NCBI GenBank assembly: GCA_016861245.1
Contig: BOKZ01000001.1
Span: forward strand, 487,006 to 551,005
Length of the DNA: 64,000 nucleotides
Direction of reading: 5' to 3'
Source of the DNA: Patescibacteria group bacterium
Lineage (GTDB): Bacteria; Patescibacteriota; UBA1384; 2-12-FULL-50-11
Below, in pieces: positions 18,060 to 27,256 of the stretch; position 1 is the first letter of the stretch, and each line of letters begins with the position of its first letter. The position numbers and the translations under genes were made by a program. The notes beneath the pieces are model-generated. The model searched no databases, had not been told where the DNA came from, and was given only the letters and a program-made list of their open reading frames with translations.

Positions 18060-19415
18060 ATGGATGTTCGAATAATTTACGAACCGATCTTACGCCAAGT
18101 GATGAAGCAGGTCACGGTTTTTGACGAGCGATTAAAAAAAGAAGCCGACGAGATGGTCGCTACGATGCATCGCCAAAACGGTATCGGATTAGCGGCTAAT
18201 CAAGTTGGCTTAGATAAGCAACTAATCGTTCTCGAATTCACACCGCAAAAGGACGATGAGACACCAGCTATTCCTCGAACGCAGCTCTGCAACCCTAAAA
18301 TTATTAAAAGCTCAAGCGAAACAGAAGTTATGACTGAGGGTTGCTTGTCGCTGCCTGGTCTTGAGTTACCTGTTCGTCGCAGTCTCGCAGTCGTGGTTGA
18401 GGCGCAAAACCTTCGAGGGGAAAAAGTAACTGTTAAAGCCAAGGGACTATTTGCTCGCGTGCTCCAGCACGAGATTGACCACCTCAACGGGGTCCTTTTT
18501 ACTGATCGGGCTGAAAAAACCAACACTATAAAGCCGTATACGTTCGCTAAAGTAGTATTTTTTGGCAGCGACGATTTCAGCCTGCCAGTTCTTAAACGGG
18601 TAGTCGAAACTGGCTATCAGGTGGTGGCTGTTTTTTGCGAGTCTGATAAACGTGGCGGACGTGGGGATAATCGTATCGTCTCACCAGTTAAAACGTTCGC
18701 CGAGCAACACAGTATTGCTGTATTTAATCCGGAAACTAAAGAAGAGATCGCGCCGCTGCTTGCACAGATTAAACCTGATCTCTTGGTATTGGCGTCTTAC
18801 GGAAAAATCTTACCCGAGGAGGCGTTGCGTCAACCGGTTTTTGGTTGTCTAAACGTTCATCCATCGCTATTGCCAAGATACCGCGGCGCAACGCCGATTC
18901 AATCCGCTATATTAAACGGAGAAACCGAAACTGGCGTAACGATTATGTCGATGGCTAAATCTGTCGATGCCGGCGGAGTCATCGCACAGCGAACAGCCCC
19001 GATCCTACCCAACGATACTACGCCAGTACTCAGGGAGAAGTTGGCTGAGCTTGGATCTCAACTATTAGTTGAATTATTGCCAAAGTATTTAAGCGGTCAG
19101 GCAAAAATTACTGCTCAAGATGATGCGCTGGCTACTCGGACAACCAAACTTTTTAAAGAGCTTGGTCGGATAAATTGGGAGGAACCAGCTGAACTGATTG
19201 TTAGAAAAATTAGAGCATTCTTGCCCTGGCCGGGAACGTATACGACGTTGAACGGGAAGCGCTTAATTATTCTTGAAGCAACGGTGAAAGACAGCACTGT
19301 GTTACCGATACGGGTACAGCTGGAGGGTAAAACCGCCGTGAGTTGGGAGGATTTCTTGCGTGGGTACCAAAGCCAATTGACTCGAGAACCCTGGTACGGT
19401 AAAATTTATCGGTAA
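18060..19415 (+). CDS. def-fmt: fused peptide deformylase / methionyl-tRNA formyltransferase (single 451-aa ORF)
   Basis: N-terminal Def motifs GIGLAANQVG, EGCLSLPG, HEIDHLNG; C-terminal Fmt region VVFFGSDDFSLPVLKRVVETGYQVVAVF...CLNVHPSLLPRYRGATPIQSAILNGETETGVTIM in the same frame with no stop between. Confidence 0.85.
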   Translation: MDVRIIYEPILRQVMKQVTVFDERLKKEADEMVATMHRQNGIGLAANQVGLDKQLIVLEFTPQKDDETPAIPRTQLCNPKIIKSSSETEVMTEGCLSLPGLELPVRRSLAVVVEAQNLRGEKVTVKAKGLFARVLQHEIDHLNGVLFTDRAEKTNTIKPYTFAKVVFFGSDDFSLPVLKRVVETGYQVVAVFCESDKRGGRGDNRIVSPVKTFAEQHSIAVFNPETKEEIAPLLAQIKPDLLVLASYGKILPEEALRQPVFGCLNVHPSLLPRYRGATPIQSAILNGETETGVTIMSMAKSVDAGGVIAQRTAPILPNDTTPVLREKLAELGSQLLVELLPKYLSGQAKITAQDDALATRTTKLFKELGRINWEEPAELIVRKIRAFLPWPGTYTTLNGKRLIILEATVKDSTVLPIRVQLEGKTAVSWEDFLRGYQSQLTREPWYGKIYR

Positions 19416-19831
19416 TGTTAGTTATTCGTTTACGCCGCGTCGGCAAAAAAAACAAACCAACGTATCGAATTGTTGTTGCAGAACACTCTTTTCCGGTTGA
19501 TGGCAAATTTACCGCTGATTTAGGGTTTTATAACCCACACACCAAGGCAGTAGGTCTAAAGAAGGAAGAAGTAGTTAACTGGATGAATAAAGGCGCTCAG
19601 CCTTCTAATACTGTTGCTAGAATTCTTGAAAAGGAAAAAGTTAAGCACGGTTCCGTTGTCGTAATAAAAAAGAAGAAGCAACCAAAAAAGGCGATTGAAC
19701 CGAAAGAACCAAAAGCTACCCAAAATCCAGCTTCCGAAGATACTGGCGAGACTGTCCCAGCGACTGAGCCAACGACAGAAGTAGTTGAAGATACTCCAGC
19801 GAGCGAAGACTCGAGCGATACTCAAGCCTAA
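19415..19831 (+). CDS. rpsP: 30S ribosomal protein S16 with acidic/Pro-rich C-terminal extension
   Basis: MLVIRLRRVGKKNKPTYRIVV...; ATGA overlap with def-fmt stop. Confidence 0.9.
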   Translation: MLVIRLRRVGKKNKPTYRIVVAEHSFPVDGKFTADLGFYNPHTKAVGLKKEEVVNWMNKGAQPSNTVARILEKEKVKHGSVVVIKKKKQPKKAIEPKEPKATQNPASEDTGETVPATEPTTEVVEDTPASEDSSDTQA

Positions 19832-19879
19832 CTGCTGGGCAGCGGCTTAACGCGCTGCTAAACTAAAATCAGGAGGGAA

Positions 19880-20251
19880 GTGGTAACAGGATTTTTTCGA
19901 TGGTGGTATAGCGAAGGAATTGTTCAAAGCGGACAGATTGTCTTGTACGCCGTTAATCGGATTACTGATTTCTTTTCATTACCGATACTTATTAAAACTT
20001 GGACTGCGCCGTGGAAAGACGATCGTCTCGCGGCTGAAAACGCCTCGCTTTCTGATCAAGTAAAGATACTCGAATTAAATTTTGCCAGTCGAGTCGTCGG
20101 ATTTTTAGTACGAACTGTTGTAATCGCGGTAGTTCTATTAATTTTAGCGGTACTTATAATCCTGGCTGTGGTTGGCTTGGCGATTTGGATATTGGTTCCG
20201 TTTGCCTGGCTATTACTACCAGCAGTAGCAGTGATTGTGAGTTATCAATGA
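19880..20251 (+). CDS. hypothetical small membrane protein
   Basis: 123 aa, two hydrophobic helices, stop overlaps start of next gene (ATGA). Confidence 0.4.
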   Translation: MVTGFFRWWYSEGIVQSGQIVLYAVNRITDFFSLPILIKTWTAPWKDDRLAAENASLSDQVKILELNFASRVVGFLVRTVVIAVVLLILAVLIILAVVGLAIWILVPFAWLLLPAVAVIVSYQ

Positions 20252-22665
20252 AACAAAAATTGCGAACGCAATCGATTCTCTTTTTCGACTCAACAACTGT
20301 ATTGGTTATTAGAATATTTTCGCACTTCTTAGGCGCTGTGAGCTTGCTGCTAATTATCGCGGCCTTGTTTTTCGAGCTTTCCCCGGCTGTTATCGGGCTA
20401 GCAGTCTTATTTACGACGCCATCGGTTCTATTTCTTGGCTACGGTTGGTATATTAACTTCCTTAAAGTTAACCCAAGTTACGGGCTAACTTCGCGAGATC
20501 TTGAGTTGCCAGAGAACAGGTTGGATTTCGCGGTTTGGGAAGCGGTACTAGCAATGCAAAAAGGCGGTTGGAGCGGTTTTTGGCGGCGTATCAGCCGTGA
20601 TGCCAACGCCCTGGAAGTATTATTGCGTCTGCAGCTCTCCGAGGCTAAGTTAGTAGAACTTTTTGAGAGTAAGGTGTCGAACGGTGATCAATCCTCTATA
20701 CTAATCCGGGAAGTTGGGCAAACGATTAACGCTGGCTCGGTCGGGACGGTTTTTGACCTTCTTTCGATTACGCTACGTCACCAGGAATTTGCGCCACATT
20801 TTACAGCGCTAAAAATCTCTCCTGAAGAAGTTGAGCAGTTAATTGAGTACTATCGGGATCGACACGCGCGGTTTCGCGCTCGACAGTTGTTTTGGCTTCA
20901 TCCAGAACAGGCTAGAACCGGCGGATTTGCTGCTGGTTGGGCGTTGAGCTATACCTCGACGCTTGATCGATTTACAGAAGAAGTTACTCCCTCGATTAAA
21001 TTCCATACTGAGCAAACGCCGTTGTTTTCTCGATCGAGCGTTGTTGACTTGGTAATTTCTGAGCTCCAAAAACAATCGAACCATAACGTATTGCTCGTAG
21101 GAGAAGAGGGGAGCGGGCGCAAAGAAATCTTTTATCACGTTGCGGATAAGCTTTTGCACTACCAATCAAATACGCCGCTCGACGGCATCCAGGTACGACT
21201 TCTCGACACCGCGCGGTTAGTTGCGGCAACTGATAGCGTCGAACACTTGCAGCAATTACTTGATCAAATTTTTACGGAGATCAGTCGCTCGGGAAGAATT
21301 GTACTATTTATCGATCAACTCGAATCGCTACTTTCGGACAATAACGTTGGTACCGTAAATTTGAGCCAGGTGCTAGCGAAGTATCTTCAAGACGAGCGGA
21401 TCCACATCGTCGCTACGGTACAAACCAAAACTTACGTCACGCAAGTTAAACCTGACGCCACGCTCGCTTCAATTTGGGCAAAAATAGATATCGCGCCGCC
21501 GCCCAGCGCCGATTTACCGCTAATTATACTCTCCCATATCGCCCAAATTGAAAACCGTTACGACGTCTTCTTTAGCTATACTGCCTTGCGAGCGGTTACG
21601 CAGCTCTCCGGCCAGTATTTAACCGACTTACCTTCACCTGAGCGCGAACTAATGATTACCGAGGAGGTAGCGGCGCGCAATCACGGTGAGAACAGCCGGG
21701 TCGTTGAGCCAAGCGCTGTCACGAAGGTAATTGAGCAAAAAAGTGGAGTGCCGATAGAAATCGGTGAGTCGGAGAAAGTGAAACTCCAAGATCTGCCAAA
21801 TATTCTCCATCAGCGAGTGATCGGCCAGGATGAAGCGATTCAGGCGGTGAGTGACGCCCTCTTGCGGGCTAGAGCAGGTATCGGAACGGGGAAAAAACCG
21901 CTCGGAACCTTCCTATTTCTCGGGCCGACCGGGGTTGGGAAAACTGAAACAGCTCGTACGCTTGCCCAAATGTATTTTGGCAGCCCAGACAAACTTATTC
22001 AGCTTGACATGACGGAGTACGGGGCCGAGGACGGCTTGCAAAAGTTGCTCGGGACTGACGTGGTTTCACAACCAGGTACACTAACAGTTGCGCTCGAAAA
22101 AAATCCGTCAGCGGTTCTTTTGTTCGACGAGTTCGAAAAGGCTCACCAGCTCGTGCAAAACACCCTACTCCAAATTCTCGATGAAGGTAGGCTAACCACC
22201 AACTTTGGTAAAGTATTGCGTTTCACCAACGCAATTATTATTGCTACTAGCAACGCCGGCTCAAACTTTATTAAACAGCAAGTTGAATCTGGCCAAACAG
22301 TAAAATCTTTCAGTAAACAGCTAATCGATCAGTTAATCGCTGAGCGCGTGTTCACGCCCGAGCTTCTTAATCGTTTCGACACTGTTGCTGTTTACTCGCC
22401 GCTTTCGGCAAGCCAAATTGAAGCGATCGCAAAATTAAGAATCAACGAAACGCTTCAGAGTATCGAGCGAGAGAAGGGTATAACAGTTAGGGTTAGCGAT
22501 GCGGTGATTACGGAAATCGCAAAAAAGGGCTACGATCCAGTGTTCGGAGCTCGAGCTCTCTCACGAGTTATCAAATCAGAACTCGAAACTCAGATCGCTA
22601 GAAAAATTATTAGCGAGTCGCCCCAACCCGGCGCGACGCTAACCATCGATTCGCTGAGTAAGTAA
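20248..22665 (+). CDS. Clp/Hsp100-family AAA+ ATPase with N-terminal transmembrane segment and degenerate first nucleotide-binding module
   Basis: C-terminal D2 module intact (VIGQDEAIQAVSDALLRARAGI, FLFLGPTGVGKTETAR, sensor region); D1 Walker A reads LLVGEEGSGRKE; Clp_N-like repeat; N-terminal hydrophobic helices. Confidence 0.75.
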   Translation: MKQKLRTQSILFFDSTTVLVIRIFSHFLGAVSLLLIIAALFFELSPAVIGLAVLFTTPSVLFLGYGWYINFLKVNPSYGLTSRDLELPENRLDFAVWEAVLAMQKGGWSGFWRRISRDANALEVLLRLQLSEAKLVELFESKVSNGDQSSILIREVGQTINAGSVGTVFDLLSITLRHQEFAPHFTALKISPEEVEQLIEYYRDRHARFRARQLFWLHPEQARTGGFAAGWALSYTSTLDRFTEEVTPSIKFHTEQTPLFSRSSVVDLVISELQKQSNHNVLLVGEEGSGRKEIFYHVADKLLHYQSNTPLDGIQVRLLDTARLVAATDSVEHLQQLLDQIFTEISRSGRIVLFIDQLESLLSDNNVGTVNLSQVLAKYLQDERIHIVATVQTKTYVTQVKPDATLASIWAKIDIAPPPSADLPLIILSHIAQIENRYDVFFSYTALRAVTQLSGQYLTDLPSPERELMITEEVAARNHGENSRVVEPSAVTKVIEQKSGVPIEIGESEKVKLQDLPNILHQRVIGQDEAIQAVSDALLRARAGIGTGKKPLGTFLFLGPTGVGKTETARTLAQMYFGSPDKLIQLDMTEYGAEDGLQKLLGTDVVSQPGTLTVALEKNPSAVLLFDEFEKAHQLVQNTLLQILDEGRLTTNFGKVLRFTNAIIIATSNAGSNFIKQQVESGQTVKSFSKQLIDQLIAERVFTPELLNRFDTVAVYSPLSASQIEAIAKLRINETLQSIEREKGITVRVSDAVITEIAKKGYDPVFGARALSRVIKSELETQIARKIISESPQPGATLTIDSLSK

Positions 22666-22749
22666 TTTACAACGAGAGATAACTTTGTTACAACTGATGA
22701 CAAGTTGCAGCAAGTAGGTCGAACTGTGGAGAGTTGACAGGAGATCCAA

Positions 22750-23064
22750 ATGGCAGAAATGACTGATCAAGAATACGTAGAAAGCATGGTTAAGCCGCTT
22801 GTTGATAACGTCGATGACGTGGTTACTACTCGTACACTCGACGAACGAGGCGTTTTAATCCAATTGACGGTAAATCAGGCAGATATGGGGAAAGTAATCG
22901 GTCGTGATGGACGAACCGCAAAAGCAATTCGCTCGCTTCTTCGTGTCTTTGGTGCGCGTAGCAACGCACGGATTAACTTAAAAATCGTTGAGCCAGACGG
23001 CCAAGAGGTCGCAATTCCGGAAGAAAAAGCTGCCGGAACCGAGCAAGCCACAGGCGTAATCTAA
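22750..23064 (+). CDS. khpA: KH-domain RNA-binding protein KhpA-like
   Basis: VIGRDGRTAKAIRSLL KH motif; position between rpsP and trmD as in rpsP-khpA-rimM-trmD clusters. Confidence 0.7.
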   Translation: MAEMTDQEYVESMVKPLVDNVDDVVTTRTLDERGVLIQLTVNQADMGKVIGRDGRTAKAIRSLLRVFGARSNARINLKIVEPDGQEVAIPEEKAAGTEQATGVI

Positions 23065-23075
23065 AAATAAACAAA

Positions 23076-23109
23076 GAGCGCTTCGGAGATATCGGGGCGC
23101 TTTTTGTGT
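23076..23109 (+). terminator. putative rho-independent terminator after khpA
   Basis: GC-rich imperfect hairpin gagcgcttcgg...tcggggcgc followed by TTTTTGTGT. Confidence 0.5.
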
Positions 23110-23124
23110 AGGTATACTATAGCT

Positions 23125-23766
23125 ATGCAAATCGATGTTATTACGCTATTTCCGGAGATGATCAACCAAGCGTTGTCTCATTCGATACCCGCCCGGGCGC
23201 AGAAGAGTAATAAGGTAAAAGTTACGGCTCACTTCTTGCGTAACTGGGCAATCGATAAGCGTGGCACAGTTGATGACACACCGTACGGCGGCGGTCCGGG
23301 TATGGTACTTCGAGTTGACGTTGCGCACGCAGCGTTAACAGCGGTTGATCCGCGTCACAAAGCTCATCGAGTCATGCTTTCACCGGATGGCGACAGGCTC
23401 GACCAGAAGTTAGTTAAAACGCTGTCAGAAAAAAAGCAGTTAGTACTGTTGTGCGGCCGATACGAGGGATTTGACGCACGAATAGAAAAATATGTCGATC
23501 AAAAAATCTCGATCGGCGACTACGTTGCAAGCGGCGGTGAGCTACCGGCACTCGTACTAATAGACGCAGTTACCAGGTTAATACCAGGAGTTTTGGGTAA
23601 CGCCGAGTCGTTAGAGCACGAAACGTTCGAGAACGACGTTACCGATTTTCCACAGTACACTCGGCCAGAAGTCTACGAAAAGGTTTCGGTACCGCCAGTT
23701 CTACTTTCCGGGCATCACGCCGAAATTACCGCCTGGCGACGATCGCAACAGACGCAAACACGTTGA
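23125..23766 (+). CDS. trmD: tRNA (guanine37-N1)-methyltransferase
   Basis: MQIDVITLFPEM...TPYGGGPGMVL...SIGDYVASGGELPA motifs; TATACT -10 upstream. Confidence 0.85.
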   Translation: MQIDVITLFPEMINQALSHSIPARAQKSNKVKVTAHFLRNWAIDKRGTVDDTPYGGGPGMVLRVDVAHAALTAVDPRHKAHRVMLSPDGDRLDQKLVKTLSEKKQLVLLCGRYEGFDARIEKYVDQKISIGDYVASGGELPALVLIDAVTRLIPGVLGNAESLEHETFENDVTDFPQYTRPEVYEKVSVPPVLLSGHHAEITAWRRSQQTQTR

Positions 23767-23802
23767 CATCTACCCTGTTGTTTAGGTAAGATAGACGCAC
23801 GT

Positions 23803-24111
23803 ATGCGTTCACTACAAGACGAGATTCGACAAACACAACGTGAGTTATCTTGTCCTGTCTGTGGACGTTCGTTCGATTTGCGTGATATCCGTGTTCGTTC
23901 GTATCTTGGTAACAATTCGGTTGAACTGTCTGTGGTTTGTAGCCGCGGTCACTCACCGATTATTCTCTTAGTCCCAATCAACTTAAAAGAAGTGGCTAAG
24001 GCGGGTCCGATTACCGAGAAAGAACTAAAAACGATTCACAAAAAAATCGACAACGTCGAAGAAAGTATTAACGAATTACTAAAAGAAAAAAATGACCGCA
24101 AAAAAGATTGA
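23803..24111 (+). CDS. hypothetical small zinc-ribbon/coiled-coil protein
   Basis: CPVCGRS...CSRGH Cys/His pairs, Lys/Glu-rich C-terminus; own promoter-like TTGACA-18-TAAGAT 10 nt upstream of ATG. Confidence 0.45.
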   Translation: MRSLQDEIRQTQRELSCPVCGRSFDLRDIRVRSYLGNNSVELSVVCSRGHSPIILLVPINLKEVAKAGPITEKELKTIHKKIDNVEESINELLKEKNDRKKD

Positions 24112-24793
24112 ATTACAAGCCGAACGCCGAACTATTGTTGGTAAGAAAGTAAAGCGTAGTCGTGCCAAGGGCTTACTACCGGCTGTCGTTTACGGACACG
24201 GTCAAGAATCGACGCCAATTTTTATTGATGAACGCGAGTTCAGAAAAACCTATAAAGAAGCCGGTACCAGCGCGCTAATCGATTTAACGATCGACGAAGA
24301 TAAGGCGATTAAAGTGTTGTTACACGAGCCACAGGAGCACTATCTCCACGGCGGGCCGGTCCACGCCGATTTCTACGCGGTAAAAATGACCGAAAAAATC
24401 GAAACCGCAATTCCGATCCACTTTACGGGTACTTCGGCGGCCGTCGAAGAGCTGGAAGGTAACCTGATTATTAACAAGGACGAGCTTGAAATTCGCTGTC
24501 TGCCAGCTGATCTCATTCCGGCGGTTGAGGTAGATCTTTCGGCGTTGGCGACGTTTGACGACAGTATTCGTGTGAGCGATATTAAAGTACCAGAAACGAT
24601 CGAAATTATGCTCGATCCTGAAGAAGTTATCGCAACCGTTGCTGCTCCGATCTCTGAAGAAGAGCTTGAAGCAGAACTAGCAACCGATACCACCGAAGCC
24701 GAAGCTGCAGCTGTTGAGGAGCTTGGTAAAGAAGAAGCTCCAGCTGAAGGCGAAGCCGCAGAAGGCGAATCGAACGAAGAAAAATCTGAGTAA
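24092..24793 (+). CDS. rplY: 50S ribosomal protein L25 / general stress protein Ctc form with acidic tail
   Basis: ELQAERRTIVGKKVKRSRAKGLLPAVVYGHGQES N-terminal L25 domain plus beta-barrel domain and E/A-rich tail. Confidence 0.8.
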   Translation: MTAKKIELQAERRTIVGKKVKRSRAKGLLPAVVYGHGQESTPIFIDEREFRKTYKEAGTSALIDLTIDEDKAIKVLLHEPQEHYLHGGPVHADFYAVKMTEKIETAIPIHFTGTSAAVEELEGNLIINKDELEIRCLPADLIPAVEVDLSALATFDDSIRVSDIKVPETIEIMLDPEEVIATVAAPISEEELEAELATDTTEAEAAAVEELGKEEAPAEGEAAEGESNEEKSE

Positions 24794-25429
24794 TTATTTA
24801 GACAAGACAATCTTGTCTAACAACTCTCCTGTTTCCAAGTTTTTGTCCTGCGATTGGTAGACTTCGATTTCGTTGACAGTAATCGTCCCGAAATCTTCGT
24901 GTCTTAGGGTGTCCAAATACTTTATCAGCTCCATTGTGGGTGGTCTGGTGAATCGTGCAACGGTAATCCATGCTAAAAGCCCGCGGTAATTATTGGGAAA
25001 ATCTTGACCGGAGATTTCGTATAGTTTTTTCCTTATCTGTACTAATGTTTTAGTTAGCGGAAAAACAGCCAAGCCAATCGCAAGAGGCCCCGTAAAAAGG
25101 CCGTAGATTTGTAATTTTATCTTCTCGTCATTCGCCGATTCCTCTCGAATAATCTGTGTCGCTTCAGATAACTTCTCAATATCAGGGAAATGAAATACGG
25201 TTACATGAGCTAGGCCAGGTTTATTGACAATCAGAGTTGAATCTAGAGAAATAAGTGTTTTAGTAATCTCCTCAAGTCTTGATTCAATATGTGGCACTCT
25301 GACGATAAATGTATAGTGTTTTGATGTTGCGGTAGTATCTGTTACTACAACCTGACCACTCTTAAGTTGTTCAAAAAGTTCGTCTATTTCCGTCAATAAT
25401 TGTGGATTGAACGCGTCTATTTGACTCAT
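24794..25429 (-). CDS. 2H-phosphoesterase superfamily protein (LigT/ThpR-like RNA 2',3'-cyclic phosphodiesterase)
   Basis: Two H-x-T-x motifs (KHYTFIV and AHVTVFH) at the spacing typical of LigT; start placed downstream of tRNA-Thr. Confidence 0.55.
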   Translation of the reverse strand: MSQIDAFNPQLLTEIDELFEQLKSGQVVVTDTTATSKHYTFIVRVPHIESRLEEITKTLISLDSTLIVNKPGLAHVTVFHFPDIEKLSEATQIIREESANDEKIKLQIYGLFTGPLAIGLAVFPLTKTLVQIRKKLYEISGQDFPNNYRGLLAWITVARFTRPPTMELIKYLDTLRHEDFGTITVNEIEVYQSQDKNLETGELLDKIVLSK

Positions 25430-25437
25430 TATATCTG

Positions 25438-25509
25438 AGCCGAAGGCGGGATTTGAACCCGCGACCTCTGCTTTACGAAAGCATTGCTCTACCACTGAGC
25501 TACTCCGGC
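25438..25509 (-). tRNA. tRNA-Thr (anticodon CGT)
   Basis: Reverse complement GCCGGAGTAGCTCAGTGGTAGAGCAATGCTTTCGTAAAGCAGAGGTCGCGGGTTCAAATCCCGCCTTCGGCT; anticodon loop UUCGUAA. Confidence 0.85.
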
Positions 25510-25660
25510 ACAATACGAAAATTATAGCGCAATTACCCTGTAATTTCACGGGTAAACTATTTTGACTTAACTCGATATCGACTTGATTGAACCTCTTTAT
25601 CGGGCGACCATCGAACCGAACGTGTTAACGCAGTTGCACATTAACACTAAGGAGAACGCG

Positions 25661-26455
25661 ATGAGCAAAACTCTTCCAGCCCCGAAACTTGCTGCCCGCC
25701 TCGGCGTCGGTAAGGTTTTCATTCCTCGGATCATGCCAAGCAAAGACTCTGAATTGCCGCGCAGTCGAGATCTGGCGATCCTAGAATCGACGCTAAAAGG
25801 AGTACTTCGTCGAGCTGCCGATTTGCGATCACAGATCCACGCCCCGGTCTTTGGGGTAGAAACGGTAGATACCGATCAGCTACAAACCGAGCTGGAGTGG
25901 CGACTGGAATACGCGGAGCACGCGCGACGCGTACTTCTGCCGCGCATCCACAACTACCCAATTCTAAGCGCCGAACCGCTAACGTGGCGCGACGAGCAAG
26001 GTTTTCCGAAGCTGGTGATCGTTCCGATCGACAGAGCCGGAGAGGTTGAGATCAGCGCCAACCGCGACCGCTGGCACTACCGGCCGATCGGTACTGGAAG
26101 CGACGTTGACTACGGCGATTTTGGTCAAGAGATTATCACCCCGTGTTACGAGTCGGTCGGCGAGGTACTAAGAAAACAAGCGCCGTACGGCGGCCTGATC
26201 TCGATCAAAACGACGCTCAACGGTTTACTAATGCCGAAAAAAACACGCGAGAAAATCGCGGCAGCACGCGCCCACTTTGGCAAGCAAATCTTCCTGATCG
26301 CCGAAGCACCGCAGCCGTGGGAGATCAACGTCGTCGTGCCGCCAAAACCAGACCCATTGGTGGTTGGTTACGAGAACGGCCTACTCTTCTTGATTGACAC
26401 GTTCAATATGACCCGAATCGAACGCGTCGTCGCTGCCGAATACACTCTCGGGTAA
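25661..26455 (+). CDS. hypothetical protein, GC-rich orphan
   Basis: Long ORF with visibly higher GC than neighbours, no recognisable motif; start uncertain (25583 or 25661). Confidence 0.45.
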   Translation: MSKTLPAPKLAARLGVGKVFIPRIMPSKDSELPRSRDLAILESTLKGVLRRAADLRSQIHAPVFGVETVDTDQLQTELEWRLEYAEHARRVLLPRIHNYPILSAEPLTWRDEQGFPKLVIVPIDRAGEVEISANRDRWHYRPIGTGSDVDYGDFGQEIITPCYESVGEVLRKQAPYGGLISIKTTLNGLLMPKKTREKIAAARAHFGKQIFLIAEAPQPWEINVVVPPKPDPLVVGYENGLLFLIDTFNMTRIERVVAAEYTLG

Positions 26456-26461
26456 CGTCCA

Positions 26462-26488
26462 ACCTGCCGCGGTGCGGCAGGTTTTTTA
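26462..26488 (+). terminator. rho-independent terminator
   Basis: cctgccg-cggtg-cggcagg hairpin followed by TTTTTTATTT. Confidence 0.75.
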
Positions 26489-27256
26489 TTTAAGCGCTTT
26501 ACGGAACGATAGAACAGTGAAGCTAACGAGGACGACAAACATTACCCCTGCAGCAATGAAGCCCTGAGTAATAGCTGGGTCACCGAAGCCGTAAAGCACC
26601 AAAGCGCGGATCGCCTCGATAATGTAGGTTACTGGATTAAGATCGGTTGCTCGTGCGAACGTCTCTGGCAGTAGCTCGCGAGGCGCAGCCGAGGTTGTAA
26701 TTGATAGTAACGGGAAGACTAGCAGGAACATGGACTGAACTAGACGAGCGTTCTGTGCGCGTAAGGCAATGATCATACCGATACAGCTCCAGGCCATAGC
26801 AAACAACATCAGGATACCGAAGATCGTTATTACACCGAGTACACCAGACTCGAAATTTACACCCCAAAGCAATAGCAGCACTAACATAATTAATCCCTGC
26901 ATTATTGCTTGGAACGCTACTTCAACTAGCTTTGCTAAAACGATCGACAATTTATTGATCGGCATAATCACCAATTTCTTGAAGTAGCCGCCAGTGATGT
27001 CTTGAACCAACTCGATACCAGCGTTACCAGCTGAGAAGAAAATTGCAGTAAAAATAGCAACCGGAGCGATAAAGTCTTTATAGGAAACGTCCGGGAATCC
27101 GGGCACCTGAGAAAAAGCGGTTAGCGAAAGTGAGTTGACCACAAAGAAAAAGATCGGCATAAACAACGACGGGATCAACGCCATAATCGGCCGCCAAATC
27201 AGTTTGATGTTACGGATCGAAAGGTAAAACCAGTCAGAAAAAAATGTGTTTATCAT
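26486..27256 (-). CDS. ABC-2 family transporter permease
   Basis: Six hydrophobic helices, 256 aa, translationally coupled (4-bp overlap) to upstream ABC ATPase. Confidence 0.75.
   Translation of the reverse strand: MINTFFSDWFYLSIRNIKLIWRPIMALIPSLFMPIFFFVVNSLSLTAFSQVPGFPDVSYKDFIAPVAIFTAIFFSAGNAGIELVQDITGGYFKKLVIMPINKLSIVLAKLVEVAFQAIMQGLIMLVLLLLWGVNFESGVLGVITIFGILMLFAMAWSCIGMIIALRAQNARLVQSMFLLVFPLLSITTSAAPRELLPETFARATDLNPVTYIIEAIRALVLYGFGDPAITQGFIAAGVMFVVLVSFTVLSFRKALK

Noticed and set aside
24373-24810. Long antisense ORFs (24373..24810, 58640..59146, 9765..10115, 62089..62484, 433..729 and similar)
   Set aside because: They lie entirely inside well-supported genes on the opposite strand, are low-complexity (Ser/Ala-rich) and have no start context; treated as spurious.
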